Source of the DNA: Dehalococcoidia bacterium
GTDB lineage: Bacteria > Chloroflexota > Dehalococcoidia > Plut-88900
DNA length: 64,000 nucleotides
Reading direction: 5' to 3'
Assembly (NCBI GenBank): GCA_965197645.1
Contig: OZ240219.1
Coordinates: forward strand, 128,001 to 192,000
Below, piece after piece: positions 58,224 through 64,000 of this stretch. The position numbers and the translations under genes were made by a program. Under the pieces are notes generated by a model. It was not told the origin of the DNA and made no database searches. It worked only from the letters and a program-made list of their open reading frames with translations. Within the stretch, counting starts at the first letter, position 1; each line of letters starts with the position of its first letter.

Positions 58224-59453
58224 ATGGCATACGAAGGCAAAGTTATCTCGGGCGATTGTCACATCGATATACCCTGGCTGCCCGCCGATCTGTTCGTGAC
58301 CCAGGGCCCGGCCCATTTGAGGGACCGGATGCCTCAGGTGGTGGACACGGACGATGGGAAGCAGTGGATCGCGGATGGCGCCTACGTGGGCTGGGTGGCC
58401 GGTGCAGGGGTAGGGGCCAAAGCGGGAGCATGGGACCCATACGTGCCCGGGATTTCCAAGAGAATGGACCGGATGGAGGCGAAGGGCTTCTTCTCCGACG
58501 GCGCCAAAGGTCTGTTGCATCCCACCGATCCGGACCTTCGAATCAAAGACCAGGAGATCGATGGCATTGCCGGCGAGGTGATTTACGGCGCCCTGGGCCT
58601 CGGCGGAGGCGGGCTGTTTGAATTCGATGACGACGGCGAAACGGGCAGCGGTGATACCCCTGGAGCCAAGTACAGCATCCATGACCCGGAGGTCATAAAC
58701 GCAGTCTACGAAGTCTACAACGACTGGGTTGCCGGGTTCTGCAAGAGCCGCCCCGGACGTTTCGCTGCTCTGGCCTGCATCAGCGAGCGGGACCCTCAAA
58801 TAGCGATGGCCCAGCTCCGCAAGGGCGCCGAAGCCGGTCTGCAGGGGGCGGAGATAAACATCGCCAGCTCGGTCGACCCCATCTACTACAGAAGCTGGGA
58901 CCCTCTCTGGGAACTGGCCGCCGAGCACAACATGCCGGTATCCTTCCACACGGGGGGCGTTCAGGTCAGATATCCTAGAAAGGAAGACCGGGAGACCTAC
59001 GAGTCGGTCACTCTCGGGGTGGGTTCTACCATGGGCCAGCTGGCCGGTGCAGAGCAGCTCTCCAGTATCATCTTCTCCGGGGCGTGTGATCGATACCCCG
59101 ACTTCAAGTTCGTTCTGGGCGAGTGCGGCATAGGGTGGATACCCTACATCCTATACAGGATGGACGATGAGTACGAGCGGTGGAACTTCCCCGATAGGGG
59201 CCTGCCCCTGAAGCCCTCCGAGTACTGGAGGCGCCAGGGCTACTCCACCTTCCAGGTCGAGTACATGACCAACGAGATGGTGGAGATGACGGGCGAGGAC
59301 AACATCATGTGGGGCTCCGACTATCCGCACGGAGACGGCGTCTGGCCCGACTCCCGAGCGATCATCAACGACAACCTAGGGACCTTGGACGAGGACAAGT
59401 TGAAGAAGATAGTGTGCGACAACACCGCCAAGCTATACGGATTTCCGGCTTAG
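58224..59453 (+). CDS. amidohydrolase_2 family protein
   Basis: ISGDCH, GECGIGWIP, MWGSDYPHGD; ATG 58224 after GGGGAGG. Confidence 0.9.
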   Translation: MAYEGKVISGDCHIDIPWLPADLFVTQGPAHLRDRMPQVVDTDDGKQWIADGAYVGWVAGAGVGAKAGAWDPYVPGISKRMDRMEAKGFFSDGAKGLLHPTDPDLRIKDQEIDGIAGEVIYGALGLGGGGLFEFDDDGETGSGDTPGAKYSIHDPEVINAVYEVYNDWVAGFCKSRPGRFAALACISERDPQIAMAQLRKGAEAGLQGAEINIASSVDPIYYRSWDPLWELAAEHNMPVSFHTGGVQVRYPRKEDRETYESVTLGVGSTMGQLAGAEQLSSIIFSGACDRYPDFKFVLGECGIGWIPYILYRMDDEYERWNFPDRGLPLKPSEYWRRQGYSTFQVEYMTNEMVEMTGEDNIMWGSDYPHGDGVWPDSRAIINDNLGTLDEDKLKKIVCDNTAKLYGFPA

Positions 59454-59553
59454 CCCAGGGTTAGAGGCTCTATACTGCCGTGATGCGGGCCAAGCCCTGA
59501 CCCCGGACACTACGGCCTGTCCACATTGAGACCATGCTACCGATTCAGCTTGG

Positions 59554-59733
59554 ATGTCATTCCGAACGCAGTGGGGAATCTAAGGGGTTATCGCGAATAG
59601 CGGCCCGATTCCGTCGGCGACTTGTATGATCCCGGTATTGCGTAACTGAGCCGATAGTTCCGCCTGTGCACGGTGGGCTGGGTACATGGGCTATAGATTC
59701 CTCACTCCGCTGCGCTCCGTTTCGGAATGACAT
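59554..59733. repeat. REP-like inverted pair (family C)
   Basis: ATGTCATTCCGAACGCAGTGGGGAATCTA ... TAGATTCCTCACTCCGCTGCG..TTCGGAATGACAT; related half-site at 47167-47202. Confidence 0.65.
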
Positions 59734-59759
59734 TGGAGGCTGGGAGTTTGAAACAGACC

Positions 59760-60968
59760 CTAGTCTCCGCGTTTGTCGGAGACCAGCACCCCGTCCTTGA
59801 AGACCATCTGTATCCCACGAAGGTTGGTGATGTCTTCTAGCGGGTTCTCGGTGACGACGACGAGATCGGCTATCTTGCCCACCTCGACGGTGCCCAGGTC
59901 AGCCCCGACGCCACAGGTCTCCGCGGCGCTGATGGTAGCCGCCTTGATGGTGTACATAGGCGTGGCCCCATCACGGACCCACAGCCCCATCTCCAGGTGA
60001 GGAGCGTCCTTGACCGGTCCCAGGTCCGAGCCCAGTGCCATCTTCACACCGGAGTCCATCGCCGTTCGGAACCAGCGGGCGTGCTCCTCCACGGCTGCAT
60101 CAGCCCGGTCCAGCAGGTCCTGGGTAATGCCCTTGTCCGCTAGATAGTTCTCCTCCCACTCGTTGGTTACCTGCTTGGGAGTGAGGTGGGAGATTCCCAG
60201 GGTTGGGACGTAGATCGTATCGTTGTCCAGCATCATACGGATGCACTCGTCGTCCATGATGTAGCCGTGCTCCACCGTCCAGGTGCCCAAGCGTACGGCA
60301 TCCTTGACGGCCTGGGGATTGGCGGCGTGGGACATCACCTTCATATCCCGGTCCTTGCAGATCTGGAAGGTGGCCTCCAACTCCTCGGGGAGGAAGAAGC
60401 TGTGCCAGTGCCGGTCCCAGTCCGGGCCCATGATCCCGCCACTGAGGTTTAGCTTGATATGGTCCACGCCGTTTTTGATCTGCTCTCGGACGGCGAGGAT
60501 GAACTCGTCGGGCCCGTCGACCATCTTGGAGAAGGGCTGCTTGGCGCAGTGGCCGGCGGTAGTAGTCAGGAAGTAGCCGGCGGCGTAGGTCCGGGGGCCC
60601 GCGTACTGGCTCGTTTCGAAGGCCCTCTTCCACGCCACGTCGATGAAGTTTTCCGTGCCTGCGCACCGTATTCCCGTGACTCCCCCCTCCAGCAACCCCT
60701 CCATTGCGTTCTGTCCATACGAAACGACCCGGGCCGACAGTCCGTCCGGCGGCGTGCTGGGAAACATCAGGTGAGTGTGTACGTCCCAGATGCCGGACAA
60801 CAGCCATGCCTCGTGGGCATCGATGACCTGGGCGCCCTCGGTATCGACCTTGTTGCCGTTGGTGGCCAGTTGGGCTATGCGCCCGTCCTCGATAAGAACG
60901 CTGGCGTCGGGTATCGGCTCATCGGATACCGAATCGATGAGGTGGAAGTTGGTGATTGCCGTCTTCAT
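59760..60968 (-). CDS. amidohydrolase_1 family protein (imidazolonepropionase/prolidase-like)
   Basis: GIWDVHTH, GVDHIK, TVEHG, ALGSD, GTVEVGKIADLVV. Confidence 0.88.
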   Translation of the reverse strand: MKTAITNFHLIDSVSDEPIPDASVLIEDGRIAQLATNGNKVDTEGAQVIDAHEAWLLSGIWDVHTHLMFPSTPPDGLSARVVSYGQNAMEGLLEGGVTGIRCAGTENFIDVAWKRAFETSQYAGPRTYAAGYFLTTTAGHCAKQPFSKMVDGPDEFILAVREQIKNGVDHIKLNLSGGIMGPDWDRHWHSFFLPEELEATFQICKDRDMKVMSHAANPQAVKDAVRLGTWTVEHGYIMDDECIRMMLDNDTIYVPTLGISHLTPKQVTNEWEENYLADKGITQDLLDRADAAVEEHARWFRTAMDSGVKMALGSDLGPVKDAPHLEMGLWVRDGATPMYTIKAATISAAETCGVGADLGTVEVGKIADLVVVTENPLEDITNLRGIQMVFKDGVLVSDKRGD

Positions 60969-61149
60969 ATACTCCCTCTTCTACGGAGTCTCGGTGATTT
61001 CGGCCCCTATGTTAGTCTCTGCGGCTGTAGTATCGCAAGCTCAGCACTGGGCGCAAGCCCTAGGCCTGGGCCGAGCATGAGCCAACGTCCAGTCTAGGGG
61101 CTTGCCATCCCAATGAACATCGGCGCAATTTCCGGCCGGGACTGACGCT

Positions 61150-62367
61150 TCACTCTATCACCGTCACGTTTCTGTCCAGCTTGGACAGGACCTCGAGGCC
61201 CGTCTCGGTCATGAGAATGGTCTCGATGAAGCCGCCGCCGGTGCCGCCCTTCCAGGCCGGGTCCAGCACGGTGAACAGGTTTTCGTAGTTGGTGATCATG
61301 CCCGGGTCGTAGCTTGCGGCCTCAAAACCCACGTCCGAATCGATGAAGGTGTGTCCAACCCAGTCGGGCGGTATCGCGATGCCCATGTTGTAGCCGCTGA
61401 CGTATGCCACGTAGGGCCGCAGCCCCATCGAGTCCATGTACTCATCGGCCGCTTTCTGCGCCACCGACGTGGGATCACCCGGTCTTACCGCCTTGAACAC
61501 GTGATCGACGCTGCCGTAGGTCTTGTCCATCAGGCTGCGCCAGGGAGGCGACGGTTCCCCCAGGGAGAACAGCCGGCCCAAATCGGCGTGATATCGATGG
61601 TAGGAGCCGCAGTGGTTGATCCAGACCAGATCCCCCTGCTGGATCTTGCGGTGACTGGGCGCGCAGTGCCGGGCAGCGAAACGGGGCCCGGACCGCACGG
61701 CGGCCCGAATGGCCGGGTCTCCCCCACCCTCCTTCATCATCGCCTGTAGCACCACGCCGGCCAGCTCAATCTCGGTTACGCCGGGGCGGATGGCCTTCTC
61801 GACCTCTATCATAGCGGTATCGGCGATGGCTGCGGCCTTCTTCATCACCTCTATCTCTCGCTCCGACTTGATGAGCCGCACCCGGTCCACGGCCCACGAG
61901 CCATCTACCACGTCTGCGCCCGCATCGGCGAACTTCTGCTCTATCTCGGCCAGGACGACGCCACTGGGCGCCTTGCTCCACCTCTCCACTCCTACCCTGT
62001 CTTTGAGCCATCCCCGCCCCTTCAGAGCGCTCACTATCGTTTCAACGGGGGGGTTATCGGGATCGAAATACTCGGCATCGTCCGCGACGGCGTGCCACTC
62101 CACCGTCGGCCGGTGGTAGGACGCCTCGAAGAAGAGGATCTGGCCTGAGTCGGCGTGGAGGGCTAGGCTCACCGGGCTGGTCAGGTAGTACCAGATCATG
62201 TCGTAGCCGGTCAGGTATGTCAGGTTGGGCGGCGAGGAAACGAAGAGAAGATCGATCTCCCGCCGGGCCATCTCCTGCCGGACTTTCTCGACCCGCTGGC
62301 TGTACTCCGGCAGAGGAAAGGGCGGCCCCCAACCCTCTGCTTCCGCCTGAGCTCGGCCGTCTATCAT
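61150..62367 (-). CDS. M24 family (creatinase/ectoine hydrolase/Xaa-Pro peptidase-like) protein
   Basis: FPLPEYSQRVEKV, YLTGY, RLIKSERE, YHRYHAD. Confidence 0.82.
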   Translation of the reverse strand: MIDGRAQAEAEGWGPPFPLPEYSQRVEKVRQEMARREIDLLFVSSPPNLTYLTGYDMIWYYLTSPVSLALHADSGQILFFEASYHRPTVEWHAVADDAEYFDPDNPPVETIVSALKGRGWLKDRVGVERWSKAPSGVVLAEIEQKFADAGADVVDGSWAVDRVRLIKSEREIEVMKKAAAIADTAMIEVEKAIRPGVTEIELAGVVLQAMMKEGGGDPAIRAAVRSGPRFAARHCAPSHRKIQQGDLVWINHCGSYHRYHADLGRLFSLGEPSPPWRSLMDKTYGSVDHVFKAVRPGDPTSVAQKAADEYMDSMGLRPYVAYVSGYNMGIAIPPDWVGHTFIDSDVGFEAASYDPGMITNYENLFTVLDPAWKGGTGGGFIETILMTETGLEVLSKLDRNVTVIE

Positions 62368-62390
62368 TTCGATAAGCTCCCCCTTGTTAG

Positions 62391-62532
62391 CAGGATGCTG
62401 GAAAACTTTTCCGATCATCTCTCTGTCCTCCTTCCTGACCGAGAAGAGGGAGGAAAAGGTATCTGAGGGACACCCTCAGACTCCCGGCAAAGGGGCTTCG
62501 CCCCTCTGCACACCCCAGGTTTCATCAGGCTG
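62391..62532 (-). mobile_element. MITE-like family A, best-preserved copy
   Basis: Imperfect terminal inverted repeats CAGGATGCTGGAAA / TTTCATCAGGCTG flanked by TTAG direct repeats (62387-62390, 62533-62536). Confidence 0.7.
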
Positions 62533-62670
62533 TTAGAGTTAGTGCGCTGGAATTACGCCAACTCTAGACCAGCGCCTGGGTGGATGGCAAGGCGTTTTGG
62601 AGGCAAAAGAAAGGGCCCGCACTCACTGACGGCGGTGCAGGCCTTCGGTCTCAATCTAGTTGGAGTGGCC

Positions 62671-62859
62671 TCAGCCCGCTTCGTTCCTCTTGAGAAAGGC
62701 CGCCGCAATTATCGGGGCGAGTATGACTATGGCGAGGCCGATGATGATGGTGCCGGTGTTCCCCGCCAACGTGAAGATCACTCCCAGCGCACCGCCGACT
62801 ATCAGGACGAACACGCCGCTCAATATTGGGAGTCCGAAGATGGAAGTAAGCTTTTCCAT
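62671..62859 (-). CDS. small two-TM membrane protein
   Basis: 62 aa, two hydrophobic helices, basic C-terminus. Confidence 0.6.
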   Translation of the reverse strand: MEKLTSIFGLPILSGVFVLIVGGALGVIFTLAGNTGTIIIGLAIVILAPIIAAAFLKRNEAG

Positions 62860-63011
62860 TTGGCACTCTACTCCGCTGATTCCGAGATGATGTGTAATTA
62901 TACCCAGACCTTTGGAAATGTCCAGAGCGGCACGCCGTGCCTGGATCGTTTCGCCAGAAGCGTTTACCTGGGGTCAGTACGGCGATAATCCGCTATAATC
63001 CACAGAAGAGG

Positions 63012-63086
63012 GCCAGCGTAGCTCAGGGGTAGAGCAGCGGTTTCGTAAACCGCAGGTCAAGGGTTCGAATCCCTTCGCTGGCTCCA
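63012..63086 (+). tRNA. tRNA-Thr (anticodon CGT)
   Basis: Acceptor stem GCCAGCG/CGCTGGC, anticodon arm GCGGT-TTCGTAA-ACCGC, TTCGAAT, encoded CCA. Confidence 0.97.
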
Positions 63087-63095
63087 GGTTATTTC

Positions 63096-63626
63096 ATGCC
63101 GGAGGAACCAGCTCGGGGAGGCTCTCTTGAACCCGATTACAACCCGGATATCGATGGACGGAGCATAAGAATGCCCTCAATTGAAAATCACCCTACCAGT
63201 GTCCTCCCCCTAATCTTCGCGCGTGAGGCCGACCGCTTCACAAAGACGACATGGATGATCACGGGCGCGGGCTCGATCGCGCTGACAATCTTCGTACCTC
63301 TCACATGGGTAATTGGGTCCGTGGGAGCCATCCTTAGGACTCTCACGCTTGGGCTCTACGCCATCCTATACTCGTTACTGTGGATTCCTGTTTGGGGACT
63401 ATTGTTGGGAACGAGTTGGCTGTGGCTCCAATACTGGCCGTTGCGTCCTGTATTATTCATCCCCGGCATTGTGGGGGCTCTCGTGGGCCACCTTATCCTG
63501 ATGTGTGCACCCCGCGAGATGGACGTGGACGCGGTTCTGGTCAAGGTGTCCATGACGGAAGACTGGCCGTTGTCTTGGAAACTAGCTAAGGCCTATAAAC
63601 GCCAGTATAAGAGGGATGAGTATTGA
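63096..63626 (+). CDS. hypothetical membrane protein (start uncertain)
   Basis: Three to four hydrophobic segments; AT-richer; directly after tRNA-Thr. Confidence 0.5.
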   Translation: MPEEPARGGSLEPDYNPDIDGRSIRMPSIENHPTSVLPLIFAREADRFTKTTWMITGAGSIALTIFVPLTWVIGSVGAILRTLTLGLYAILYSLLWIPVWGLLLGTSWLWLQYWPLRPVLFIPGIVGALVGHLILMCAPREMDVDAVLVKVSMTEDWPLSWKLAKAYKRQYKRDEY

Positions 63627-63777
63627 TGTAGAGGTCTACTGCTTCTACCAGGTTGGCCCGTGCCTCATCCACAGTGTCGCCACAGGTTGCGACAGCCAGT
63701 TCAGGACAACTAGCTGTATATTGTTCGTCTTCTCGCTCAATCACTTCGCTCACAACCACCATAGGCACGGGGTCCAT
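63586..63777 (-). pseudogene. HicB-like antitoxin, N-terminal domain only
   Basis: EREDEQYTASCPELAVATCGDTVDEARANLVEAVDLY; AAAGGAGG RBS; then runs into the opposite ORF. Confidence 0.65.
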
Positions 63778-63925
63778 GGTTGCTCCTCCTTTGGGTCGTT
63801 CTTTTCCTGTGACCTGCCGATTCACCGGAACAGTTCAGTTGATTATATCCCGCTGGTACAGGCACGTAAAATCCGCCGACAACCACATACGACCGCTCAC
63901 GACCTTTTAGACACAATGTGAGGGC

Positions 63926-64000
63926 TTAAGCCAGCGTGCTCCGGATGGTCCGCGCTGGCAGGATGCGGGTAAGAGGAATCGTCACGGCAATATTCTCGGT
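63926..64000 (-). pseudogene. possible HicA-like toxin remnant (cut by window edge)
   Basis: Translates IAVTIPLTRILPARTIRSTLA*, resembling the HicA C-terminus VTVPxH...GTLRSIL; catalytic His not retained. Confidence 0.3.

Overview
High-GC bacterial chromosome segment. The expanded paralog families (six amidohydrolase_2 genes, three LLM oxidoreductases, five SDRs, Mo-hydroxylase subunits, MFS transporters) suggest a Chloroflexota (Dehalococcoidia/SAR202-like) heterotroph; this is inference, not shown by a marker gene. Housekeeping genes are pyrE, acnA, bcp, otsB and comM/yifB, plus tRNA-Lys(UUU), tRNA-Thr(CGU) and a stand-alone 5S rRNA gene with its own promoter. Catabolic loci include a Co-type nitrile hydratase operon, a xanthine-dehydrogenase-family cluster with two large subunits, and an amidohydrolase x3 / LLM / SDR x2 / Rieske / amidohydrolase run. 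Accessory material includes Mrr next to tRNA-Lys, HigB with a HigA-HExxH peptidase fusion next to the 5S gene, a solitary HEPN-motif ORF, HicAB remnants after tRNA-Thr, and three families of MITE/REP-like repeats. The most unusual region is 40.8-42.7 kb: a decayed insertion bounded by a degenerate duplicate of an MFS gene's 5' end. It holds a TPR remnant, a 5'-truncated group II intron with an extra small membrane-protein ORF between the IEP stop and domain V, and a 5'-truncated vWA gene. All calls come from reading motifs by eye; no searches were run, and GC statements are visual impressions.
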